Made by a program: the position numbers and the translations under genes
Assembly (NCBI GenBank): GCA_963663805.2
Contig: CAXXMR010000020.1
Location: 32,001 to 96,000 of the forward strand
DNA from: Sedimentisphaerales bacterium
GTDB lineage: Bacteria; Planctomycetota; Phycisphaerae; Sedimentisphaerales; SM23-30
Reading direction: 5' to 3'
Length of the DNA stretch: 64,000 nucleotides
Notes under the pieces: model-generated
Databases searched by the model: none
What the model saw: the letters and a program-made list of their open reading frames with translations, nothing else
What the model was told of the DNA's origin: nothing
Shown here: positions 20,972-29,660 of the stretch, piece by piece
How the letters are laid out: the number at the start of each line of letters is the position of its first letter
Position numbering within the stretch: position 1 is the first letter of the stretch

Positions 20972-22115
20972 TATCAGCGAAGGCTGGTTCGAGATTGATT
21001 TTTTCCCGGCCCTGAGCCGTTATGTGCAAGTCGGGACGATCGTTGAGGTCAATGGGTTTCTTGAGATAACGCTTATCGGCAAGTTTTCCATTGGCCTCAA
21101 ATGCTATAATGACCGTGGGGCTGAATGGCGTTTCGGGGTTGTGTTGGGTGACGACGGCGGTTTGCCCGGTGCTGAGTTTCAGGCGGGTGCCGATCTGGAA
21201 AGGCTGGATTACTCGGCCAAGGGTTTCCAGTACTTTCGCGTCGTAGGCGGCGTTTTCCGGGCTAAACATCATTTGTTGCAGGGTGAGTGCCGGTGAATCG
21301 TTGTGGGCACGTATGGTGCAGAACGCGTCGGCAACTCTGAGGATGCGGGCATAAACATTGATTTTTTCAGGGGGCAGTTTTTGGGGATAGCCTGTCTGGT
21401 CGAGCTTTTCGTGGTGACAACGTATGGTATGCCGGGTCATGGGGCCGAGAAAATCGGCGAAAAGTTCAGCGGAATCGGTGGGATGGTTTTCGAGTGCTTT
21501 ATCTTGGGGATTTTCTGTGTGTTGCGGGTTGGGCCGGTTATATAGTGAAGCGTCGTGGAAGAAGGCCGCCAGAGCCAGCGGGGTCAGGCTCGCGGCATTT
21601 TGGACAGCGGTTGCAGAGCCTTGCTCTCTTTGTTCTTTGATATAATTGAGCAGTTTTTGGCCCAGAGTCAGGCTGAGATAAAAAACGTTCGCGGTGTGAT
21701 AGGCGAGATAGCGTTCATCTTGCGGTTCGGGAGTGAGCAGGGCGGTGGTGATATTGTTGGCCTTCATGAAGGTCGCGGCTTTAATTATAGGATGTCGCAG
21801 TTCGAGGGTTAGCTCTTCGTTAATTTCATTGCCGGCCTTGAGATTCCGGGTGAGTATATCGAAAGTCTCGACGATTTCGGGCTGAATTTTGAGGGCGTAG
21901 CTTAGCGGGCGGGCGTCATTCTGGAACTCGACGATTTTATCGAGTGCGGGCAGCACGATACCTATCGTGCGTTTGGGGCAGGTTTTTTTCAGGAATTCTA
22001 TATCGCCGTCAGACAATTGCCAGTTATCGGGTAATGTTGGTTTGAAGGCACTGAGCAGGTTTCCGGCCAGTTTCATGTCAGGTTTTAATTCGTCCGCATA
22101 AAGCCTAATAGGCAT
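20961..22115 (-). CDS. HD-GYP domain protein (putative cyclic-dinucleotide phosphodiesterase)
   Basis: AAFFHD, HHEKLDQTGYP, ARILRVADAF. Confidence 0.85.
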   Translation of the reverse strand: MPIRLYADELKPDMKLAGNLLSAFKPTLPDNWQLSDGDIEFLKKTCPKRTIGIVLPALDKIVEFQNDARPLSYALKIQPEIVETFDILTRNLKAGNEINEELTLELRHPIIKAATFMKANNITTALLTPEPQDERYLAYHTANVFYLSLTLGQKLLNYIKEQREQGSATAVQNAASLTPLALAAFFHDASLYNRPNPQHTENPQDKALENHPTDSAELFADFLGPMTRHTIRCHHEKLDQTGYPQKLPPEKINVYARILRVADAFCTIRAHNDSPALTLQQMMFSPENAAYDAKVLETLGRVIQPFQIGTRLKLSTGQTAVVTQHNPETPFSPTVIIAFEANGKLADKRYLKKPIDLNDRPDLHITAQGREKINLEPAFADTIS

Positions 22116-22574
22116 TGTACACCTCGCTTAGTTATAACTTAATTCGGCTATTCAGACCCTTGGCCTGAGACATTAGATGTCAAAGTTTGATTGTCAGTTC
22201 CCAGAACAACTTGCTGATGCCTGGCGGGGCTGGTCAACTGACTAACGTCTGATATTATCTGGCAATAATAAAATAATAAGGCCGATAATAAAGATGGCGT
22301 ATTTGGCGGCGTTATATTCGATACAGGTATGCGCTGTTTTGTGACGGTTATCTGGGTTGAGATGACGCCTTTGGGGGGTGTTCGGTTTGGGGGGGTTGTT
22401 CGGTTAAAAAATCGCATTTTCAGTACCGCCAGTGGGGATGTTTTCTTAAGCGGAGGTTAAGTAGAGTCGATACGTCTGCTGTGGCGGATGCTATCGAGTT
22501 GTACCGGCATAGCCACAAGCAGTACCCGGTGCCGTGGGAGAAAACTAGCGGCCCCGCATGAAGGAGAACACAAC

Positions 22575-24263
22575 GTGAGCAGTTTGCTGGAATTGTTAGG
22601 CAAAGGTCTGGGGACCGAACTGATGGAATTTGTCATACCCCATTGTCGGCCCCTGGATGTCCATGACGCCGAGATGCTGGAACAGGCAATATTGGACGAC
22701 TCGAATCATTTGCCCAACCGTTTAAGATTGGGCATTCACTACGCCCAAAGCGCCGCGGGTGATGCGGCAGAGCATATCTTCCTCGACATATTGCAGAAAT
22801 TCCCGGACCACCTGGATACCCATCTTGCCTGGGCGGCGATGTGTCTGAGCAACGGCGAAGTTGATAAAGCTATCGAAATGCTGCAAAAAGCCCGTGATTA
22901 TCATGAGCATGACTCGCGTATATATTACGGGATGGGCCACAGCTATGAGCGGGTGGGGGACCCGGTTAAGGCCTGTCAATATTACTCCGAGGCGGCCCAG
23001 CGTTCGCCGTATCTGGTCCAGGCCCGACAGCGTTTGGCGGCGATAAGTCTGTTTCAGCAACAATATGACCAGGCTACAGAATATTGCCAGAAACTCATCA
23101 AGGACCATCCGGAAGACGCATGGAATTATCTGATGGCCGGGATGATAGATTTGTTTCAGGGCAAATACAGCGAAGCAATTGATTCGTTTGAGCGGGCCTT
23201 GACGATTGAGCCGGATAATTTCGAAATGTACGATGACCGGGTCGAGGCTTTGGCCAAGGACGGAGATTTCCAGGCTGCGATTAATATGATACTCGATAAT
23301 ATGGAAGCCAACGAGACGTTTCCCGATACGTTCGTGCGGCTGGCCGATTTGTACAGCCAGCTGGGCGATGATAATAACGCGGTCCTGAATTACAGCCGGG
23401 CCCTGGAGATGTATCCGGGCTATCTGGAAGCAGCGGTCAAACTAGGGACACAGCATTTGCGTAACGGTCGCTATTACGAAGCCGCAGCTCAGTTTAATGC
23501 CGCGGCCGAGATTAACGACCAGCTGATAACGACCTATGTCGCCCTGGCGGCGGCTCAGATGAAATCGGGCGACAGCAGTTCAGCCCGTGATACAGTTGAA
23601 CTGGCCGTAGCACTGGAGCCGAACAGTACCCTCTTGTTCGCCGAAATGGCACGTTTGCAGTTAAAGAGTTCACGTTCCAATACGGTCAATCATGATTTTC
23701 TGGATTTTGACGACCCTGCCCCGCTGGAAACTTCGCCCGACGATATGCTCGCTTTGCAGATGCGCCGTCATTATGACGCGTTGCAAAAAACACCGGGCCA
23801 GGCGAACCTGCATTATCGGTACGCGACGCTGCTTAACGGAGCCGGCAATCTGGAAGACGCTATCACTCATTATCAGCACGCTATCGAAATCAACCCTTCT
23901 TATGCCAAGGCACGGTTGAAGCTGGCCTTGGGGCTGTATCAGTCGGGCAAGCAGGTCGAGGCGTTTGACCATTTCTATCAGCTTTTCGATTTGAAGCAGG
24001 AATTCGTCGATTTGCATTACAAGCTCGGCCTGATGTTCTGCGATAAGATACAGTTCGCTTTAGCCGTAGAGCATTTCGAAGCAACGGCCAAAGATAATGA
24101 TGACCGTGATAACGTCCAGGCGAATCTCTCGCTGGCACTCCAGAATATGGGACTGGTAAACCGCTCTGCCGCTCAATGGCGGGCTGTTTGCGAGCTCGAA
24201 CCAGATAATATGCTATCGCTGAAGTCCGAACGCTCGTTTATGAAACTGGTCCCGATGGAATAG
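22575..24263 (+). CDS. Tetratricopeptide-repeat protein
   Basis: Multiple TPR units (e.g. EAIDSFERALTIEP, DAITHYQHAIEINP); GTG start after AGGAG. Confidence 0.9.
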   Translation: MSSLLELLGKGLGTELMEFVIPHCRPLDVHDAEMLEQAILDDSNHLPNRLRLGIHYAQSAAGDAAEHIFLDILQKFPDHLDTHLAWAAMCLSNGEVDKAIEMLQKARDYHEHDSRIYYGMGHSYERVGDPVKACQYYSEAAQRSPYLVQARQRLAAISLFQQQYDQATEYCQKLIKDHPEDAWNYLMAGMIDLFQGKYSEAIDSFERALTIEPDNFEMYDDRVEALAKDGDFQAAINMILDNMEANETFPDTFVRLADLYSQLGDDNNAVLNYSRALEMYPGYLEAAVKLGTQHLRNGRYYEAAAQFNAAAEINDQLITTYVALAAAQMKSGDSSSARDTVELAVALEPNSTLLFAEMARLQLKSSRSNTVNHDFLDFDDPAPLETSPDDMLALQMRRHYDALQKTPGQANLHYRYATLLNGAGNLEDAITHYQHAIEINPSYAKARLKLALGLYQSGKQVEAFDHFYQLFDLKQEFVDLHYKLGLMFCDKIQFALAVEHFEATAKDNDDRDNVQANLSLALQNMGLVNRSAAQWRAVCELEPDNMLSLKSERSFMKLVPME

Positions 24264-24370
24264 CAAGGTATTTGTCGCAGTGGATTTTCATTGACAGTTT
24301 TGCCTGATGGGTTATGATATTTGTGTGCCTTTGGTGGTCACCAAATCCATTTGCAATCAGGAGATTCGCG

Positions 24371-24688
24371 ATGAAAATTCTGCTAGTCGGTGTTTTAATG
24401 TTGAGTTTACTGTCAGCGGCCAGCTGTAATCAGCGGGAACTGGACCAGTGTCAGCGGCGGAACATGAAGCTGGAAGAAGATGCCGCTCAGCGGGAGGGGG
24501 TTATCAAGACATTAGTGGACCGCAACAAACGTTCGCTCAGCGAAATCGAGAAGCTAAAATCCGAAATTGTCACCGTACAGGCCCAGGCCCTGGAGAACCA
24601 GCAGAAGGACCGCGAAGCACTCGAAAAAGCCCTGAAGGCCCAGATTAACAACAGCCAGCAAGAGACAGAAGCCAAGAGTAAGGAGTAA
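24371..24688 (+). CDS. Small coiled-coil lipoprotein
   Basis: Hydrophobic signal ending AASC; charged heptad-like tail. Confidence 0.7.
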   Translation: MKILLVGVLMLSLLSAASCNQRELDQCQRRNMKLEEDAAQREGVIKTLVDRNKRSLSEIEKLKSEIVTVQAQALENQQKDREALEKALKAQINNSQQETEAKSKE

Positions 24689-24951
24689 ACGCCCTGCCCC
24701 CCCAACAAAAGCCGAGCCGCCTAAGCAGCCGGAACCCCTTCTTCCCTCTTTCAGAGCCGCGCACATATCAGAGCCGCGCACGTTAGTAAGCGGTCCCGTT
24801 ACTGTTAAACAAAAAACCTCGACCGCAGGTCGAAACCTCGCCGTCAGCATGCTTGCCAACCAGGAAAGCGAACAGCGGGAGCGTCAAATACGCCAAACGA
24901 CCGCGGCGATCAATCTGTGCGATACGCACTCATGCCCCATGCCTTCTTACA

Positions 24952-26412
24952 TCAAAATGAATAATCCGCCGACCCGTCATAACCGTCGAACGCCAGCCGG
25001 AAGCTCACCACGCCGCTATTAGCGATACCAGGCGTTTTGCTCTTGTAGTTGACCTTAAAGGTCGCTTTTTCAAAGTCAACCGTCGCTGCCAGACTAGAGC
25101 CGTCCTCATATTTAACTTTCGCCTTGTATTGCTCCTTTGAGCCCCGCTTCTCGAAACTGCCGCTGGGCAGCTCCAAGGTCAGCCCACCCCAGCTGATACT
25201 CACCGGATATTGGTCCAGCCGCTCAACAGAATCAGCCGCCGAAATCCCGCCTTTGACGCTCAGCGAGGTTTGTTTGCTATTGACCTTCGCTGAATCGACG
25301 ACAAGGCTGGAACTCTCACCCCGCAGCAGCAGGATGGGAATATCGTCTTTCTCGCCGTTAATTACCTCCTCGCCGCTGACAGCCTTGCTGTGATAGTCGC
25401 CGATTATAATCTCGGTAGTCACCAGCCCCGTCCAGCCGGTGAGGTCCACGTCTTTGAAATCAATATCGAAGGTTCCTTTTTCCAGGTCAAGCTTCAACGC
25501 GGTCAGCTCACCTTTACTGCCTTTATATTTCAGGGTCGGTTTCTTATCGCTCAGCTTGAGACTGCGACTCTCGATAAGCTCAATCGTCTGCTCCAACGCA
25601 CCGCCCGTAGCCGAGCTTACCCGCACCGTAATCTCAGTAGCCCCTGAGAAATCCGCCGGCGGCTCCAGCAAATCCCCGTCCACGCTAAGATCATCCTCAG
25701 AGTCACGCACCTTACCAGCCGATATATCCAATCCACCCACCACCAACTCAATAATTGTTGGCTCTACCACATTCGGGTCAACATTCGGGTCCGTATTCGG
25801 GTCCGTATTCGGGTCCGTATTCGGGTCCGTATTCGGGTCAGTGTTGGGGTCCGTATTCGGGTCCGTATTCGGGTCCGTATTCGGGTCCGTATTCGGGTCC
25901 GTATTCGGGTCAGTGTTCGGGTCAGTATTGGTTTGACCGGTGATGGTGATTGTCAGAGTATCACTGAAAGTTACTACATTGGAGTCTATATCGTAAGAAC
26001 CACCGAAGTATTCTCCTGATGTTAGCGTAACGGTGGCAGTTCCGGTTCCGGTATTGTTGGCTCGTATTACGACTTGGGCAACAGTAGTCGCGGAGTTACC
26101 GGAAAATTTCCCCAGAAACATCTCAGCTGTAGAGGCGGTGATCATTGCGTCAGTACTCAAGTCTATATCCCAGCCGAAAGCTACTGCATCCGTGGTGCCA
26201 GTGGCACTTACCACAGACGCAGAGTTGCTAACCGTTACAATCGGGTCTAAGGTCAGAAGGGTTATGTTGGATACTATGGGAATGGTTACGATTTCACCAG
26301 CAGTAATCGCAGTTGAGGGACTGGCAGTACCAAAACTGATTCCCGCCTGGGCTACTGAAACAAACCCTGTGACCCAAATTGATATAGTAAACAAAAGTTT
26401 ATTTGTGGTCAT
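24952..26412 (-). CDS. Secreted protein: cohesin-like N-terminal domain, (TDPN)n linker, C-terminal beta-rich domains
   Basis: Signal peptide (AQA cleavage site); N-domain aligns by eye with the 27169-27732 protein; repeat linker. Confidence 0.75.
   Translation of the reverse strand: MTTNKLLFTISIWVTGFVSVAQAGISFGTASPSTAITAGEIVTIPIVSNITLLTLDPIVTVSNSASVVSATGTTDAVAFGWDIDLSTDAMITASTAEMFLGKFSGNSATTVAQVVIRANNTGTGTATVTLTSGEYFGGSYDIDSNVVTFSDTLTITITGQTNTDPNTDPNTDPNTDPNTDPNTDPNTDPNTDPNTDPNTDPNTDPNTDPNVDPNVVEPTIIELVVGGLDISAGKVRDSEDDLSVDGDLLEPPADFSGATEITVRVSSATGGALEQTIELIESRSLKLSDKKPTLKYKGSKGELTALKLDLEKGTFDIDFKDVDLTGWTGLVTTEIIIGDYHSKAVSGEEVINGEKDDIPILLLRGESSSLVVDSAKVNSKQTSLSVKGGISAADSVERLDQYPVSISWGGLTLELPSGSFEKRGSKEQYKAKVKYEDGSSLAATVDFEKATFKVNYKSKTPGIANSGVVSFRLAFDGYDGSADYSF
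25771..25926 (-). repeat. 13 x 12-bp coding tandem repeat (12 TDPN + 1 VDPN)
   Basis: GTATTCGGGTCC units read directly. Confidence 0.95.
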
Positions 26413-26444
26413 GAGCGTGTGGTCCTTATTGTTGAGATGGAAAA

Positions 26445-26981
26445 TTACTCAACCTTGTGAAAATAGACGTCAGAGGGTAAGACTTCACTATCATCGAAGG
26501 TTCGACCGTCTTTGATGTGTATGTAGCTCCACCATTGGGCACGCCAATATTTGCCGTCTTTGGTGATGGTTCCGGTCAGGACATCTCGTGAGTAACCTTC
26601 GATATCTCCGATAGGCAAGTGTATCTCGAAATGTTCAAGAGTTATAGAAACGTTTAGCTGGTGAGTTTTAGCATCATATATAACGGTGCAAGGGCCAAGA
26701 ATATATGTTTCATTTGCGCCTTCAGTTCCTTCATTATAGGCCATGCCATCAACAACGTTAATCTCAATACCTAGAATATGAACCATGGAAATAAGGGTTC
26801 CATCAGGAGCAAAGGTGAGTTGCCAGTCCCCTTCATCGATATCACGACCTTGCCAAGTTCCAACTAGGAACTCCGGAAATGGATCCGTTATCGATTTGGC
26901 AGGAAAGGGATTTGACGGTTGTTTTGAACAACCTTGAAGTGGGATCAAGGTTAAAAAAAATAGAAGGGCAATTTGTTTCAT
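26445..26981 (-). CDS. Lipoprotein, predicted beta-rich
   Basis: Lipobox LQGC; LVGTWQG motif reminiscent of lipocalin-like folds. Confidence 0.75.
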   Translation of the reverse strand: MKQIALLFFLTLIPLQGCSKQPSNPFPAKSITDPFPEFLVGTWQGRDIDEGDWQLTFAPDGTLISMVHILGIEINVVDGMAYNEGTEGANETYILGPCTVIYDAKTHQLNVSITLEHFEIHLPIGDIEGYSRDVLTGTITKDGKYWRAQWWSYIHIKDGRTFDDSEVLPSDVYFHKVE

Positions 26982-27076
26982 GGCGTTCTCCTAGAGTATC
27001 ACTTTCAACGGGTAGATGATATTCTCTTTGAAAACATTCGGCAATAAAAAAACTGGAAGTGGTCTACTGAAAATAT

Positions 27077-27115
27077 AAAAAAATCAGGACAGGTAAAATA
27101 CCTGTCCTGATTTTT
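27077..27115. terminator. Bidirectional intrinsic terminator
   Basis: AAAAAAATCAGGACAGGTA-AAA-TACCTGTCCTGATTTTT. Confidence 0.85.
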
Positions 27116-27168
27116 CTTTTTAATTTACACCAATAAGGCATAAATCGGTTCTTGGTCGAAGTAATCGC

Positions 27169-27732
27169 TTAGGCGCGACGACGACGGATCAGAGCCAGGC
27201 CACCAAGGCCCAGAAGGCTCATGGTCATCGGTTCCGGAACCTGATACAGGGTGATCGAACCTGCTTGGCCCTGCGGTATTTCTGACCACTCACCATCGAA
27301 AGTGCCACCCATGACGTTGCTGATCAGTTCCAAGCTGACCACAACTTCATCCGTTAAGCCGGACATGGTAATATCAACATAGGCAATATTGGCACCGGCA
27401 GTGGTAACAGCGCTGTAATTAGCGGCAGCAATCAAAGCCTGCGAGCCCGAAATGGTCGGGTCGATAGAAGCATCGGCACCCCAACCGTAGTTGGCACAAT
27501 CTGCTACGCCCATGGCAGCGGTAATCGCTGCACCATCATCCAACGAAACAGCAATATCAAGAGTTCCAAGGGAAACACTGCTGTTAACATATACTCTGAT
27601 TACATCGCCAGCACCAGCCTTGTTCGTCATTGAACCAAGGTCACCAGCATTGGGTGCAACCAAAGACAGCGGGCTACCAAATGTTACACCAGTAAGAGCA
27701 AGAACCATAACCAAAGCTAACAACTTCTTCAT
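27169..27732 (-). CDS. PEP-CTERM sorting domain protein with cohesin-like domain
   Basis: Signal peptide; C-terminal VPEPMTMSLLGLGGLALIRRRRA. Confidence 0.92.
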   Translation of the reverse strand: MKKLLALVMVLALTGVTFGSPLSLVAPNAGDLGSMTNKAGAGDVIRVYVNSSVSLGTLDIAVSLDDGAAITAAMGVADCANYGWGADASIDPTISGSQALIAAANYSAVTTAGANIAYVDITMSGLTDEVVVSLELISNVMGGTFDGEWSEIPQGQAGSITLYQVPEPMTMSLLGLGGLALIRRRRA

Positions 27733-27848
27733 AACGATCTCCTTCTAATATTTCTCCGCTACTCCGAAAACCCTCAACGAAAGGCAATTTTCAACAAGTA
27801 GCATAACACAAAATTACAAATTAAAACTCTTTCAAAAATTAACAAAAC

Positions 27849-28673
27849 TTATTCAACCGACGGGCAACTCTGGACACCATTGGAAGGCAGAATTGGGCCC
27901 GTAGTTCCGGTCAGCCAGTTTAGCTTCAGGATGGCCAAATCCGGAGCATTAACGGAACTAGTGCGGTTGAAGTTGGCGCAGCAGTTGTAGGCCGGATTTC
28001 CGAAACCCTTGAGCCAAGACAGCTTGAGCTTTGCCAAGTCAGGGGCGTTAACTCTACCATCGCACGTAGCATCACCGAGGTGCTGGATAGCACACTGGGT
28101 GTTGTCCCAGCAAGTGCCAGCATACGGATTGTCATTCGGGAAGGTCACGGTAACAGTAATCGGGTTACCGGAATTGACGGTCATGGCAGCTGCCATCACA
28201 TCAACTACGCCACCACGAAGGTCGTCGGTTACGATAGTTACATCGACATCGGGGTCGCCTTTTGCCATGTCCAGAGCGATGGTACCGATAATACCGGCCG
28301 CGGGGGCATCAGCGGCATCGAGTTCGCCCATGCAAAGCGAAATCGGGTTGGCCGGCAGGGCCAGAGCGCCAGCGGCATTGGGGTTAGCAACGGCTTCGCC
28401 ACCATTGGTGTCGGGGTCGTAAGCTGCACCCAAGTCGTGGGCGGCGTCAATATAAATGTCGAAGAACGAATCTACAGCGGTGAAGTCGATGAAATCAACA
28501 CTGTCGTTGTTGGACAGTACCAGAGCGATACCAACCGGGGCATCGCCGTTATAACTGGAATAACCCAGAGTGAAGGTACCATTGGCATTGTCAACTGCGG
28601 TGAAGGTAATCTCGCCGGCCATAACCGGAGCTACCAAACCCAGGACCATTAATAAACATACTAGCTTTTTCAT
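27849..28673 (-). CDS. Secreted protein with N-terminal beta-sandwich and C-terminal dockerin-like duplicated repeat
   Basis: Signal peptide MKKLVCLL; GDATCDGRVNAPDLAKLK / ANFNRTSSVNAPDLAILK. Confidence 0.8.
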   Translation of the reverse strand: MKKLVCLLMVLGLVAPVMAGEITFTAVDNANGTFTLGYSSYNGDAPVGIALVLSNNDSVDFIDFTAVDSFFDIYIDAAHDLGAAYDPDTNGGEAVANPNAAGALALPANPISLCMGELDAADAPAAGIIGTIALDMAKGDPDVDVTIVTDDLRGGVVDVMAAAMTVNSGNPITVTVTFPNDNPYAGTCWDNTQCAIQHLGDATCDGRVNAPDLAKLKLSWLKGFGNPAYNCCANFNRTSSVNAPDLAILKLNWLTGTTGPILPSNGVQSCPSVE

Positions 28674-29063
28674 GAAATTCTCCATCATGAACAGACAAGC
28701 CAAATATTGACATAAGCACTTTCAACCGGGTGCTCCCAACTTAGGAGCGTCGCCTTCTAAAAAATAAAACCGGCTTCAGTGGTCACATCAAAAGTAACAT
28801 CTTCCAGCGATTCAGGCTCGCCTCAATTTTTTCGCCTCAAACCCTTGGTCCCTTTTACGGGGGCTCCAGGTCAATTGTGCCTGAATCACTAACACACTGA
28901 AATCAAACTACTTGGTTGGCAGCTCCTTTCTCACCTCTAACAAATCGGTTACTGTTTCTCCATTTCACGGTATCAGCTTGTGTGTGAGAGTCGATACCGT
29001 CGACCTTCGGGTCTGCAAATGCGTGTGTGTACGTAACAACCCGAGACTATTCTTTACTATCTC

Positions 29064-29092
29064 ATATTAAGTTTTTATCGGCGCCAAGTCAA
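29064..29092 (-). promoter_or_regulatory. Sigma70-like promoter TTGACT-N17-TAATAT, about 390 nt upstream of the dockerin-like gene
   Basis: Canonical spacing on the minus strand. Confidence 0.5.
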
Positions 29093-29660
29093 GGAAAAAC
29101 GCTATTTTTCCAGACCTTAGCGTCATTTTTTTGCAGAGATAACAATTATGGGTCTTTAGCAGAGTGGTCTCTCTCTCACCTTGCTCAGACATCTTTCGAT
29201 GTTCTCTCTGCAATTACTAAGACGCAAACCACGGGCCAGAATCCCAGAGTTTTTTCATTTTTTTCGACAATGATATAAGACCTTTCTGTTTAAGTAGTTA
29301 TATAGGTTAGTAACCTGTTGGCGGTGGGCCCAAATCTGGCCAGCCGCGATGAGGGTGTGCAAAAAAACAACGTGATTTTGACTGATATGTAGCTAACTTA
29401 TTTGCTGATAACATGTTAGATTTTTTTGTAATACGACGTTGTTTTTACGCAACAGATGTTGATTAAAATAGGCAAGAGGCATGAGTGGTACGGCCAGGTG
29501 TCTGCCTTCGGCAAGGTTTGTTTTTGTTTTGACATCAAGGCGGTTTTTTTTGATTTAACGGCAAAGTGGGGAGAAAAAACGAAGGTTCAACCGATAAGAA
29601 GCAGGATAGATGTATAATGTACAGATAGTGTATGCCAGTTATCGGATGGACAGGGTTTAG

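Noticed and set aside
22371..22405. TTGGGGGG(G)T(T)GTTCGGT duplication / possible G-quadruplex
   Set aside because: Two units only; too weak to assign a function
24751..24795. REP-like TCAGAGCCGCGCAC direct repeat
   Set aside because: Only one locus in the window and no RAYT gene; cannot support a family
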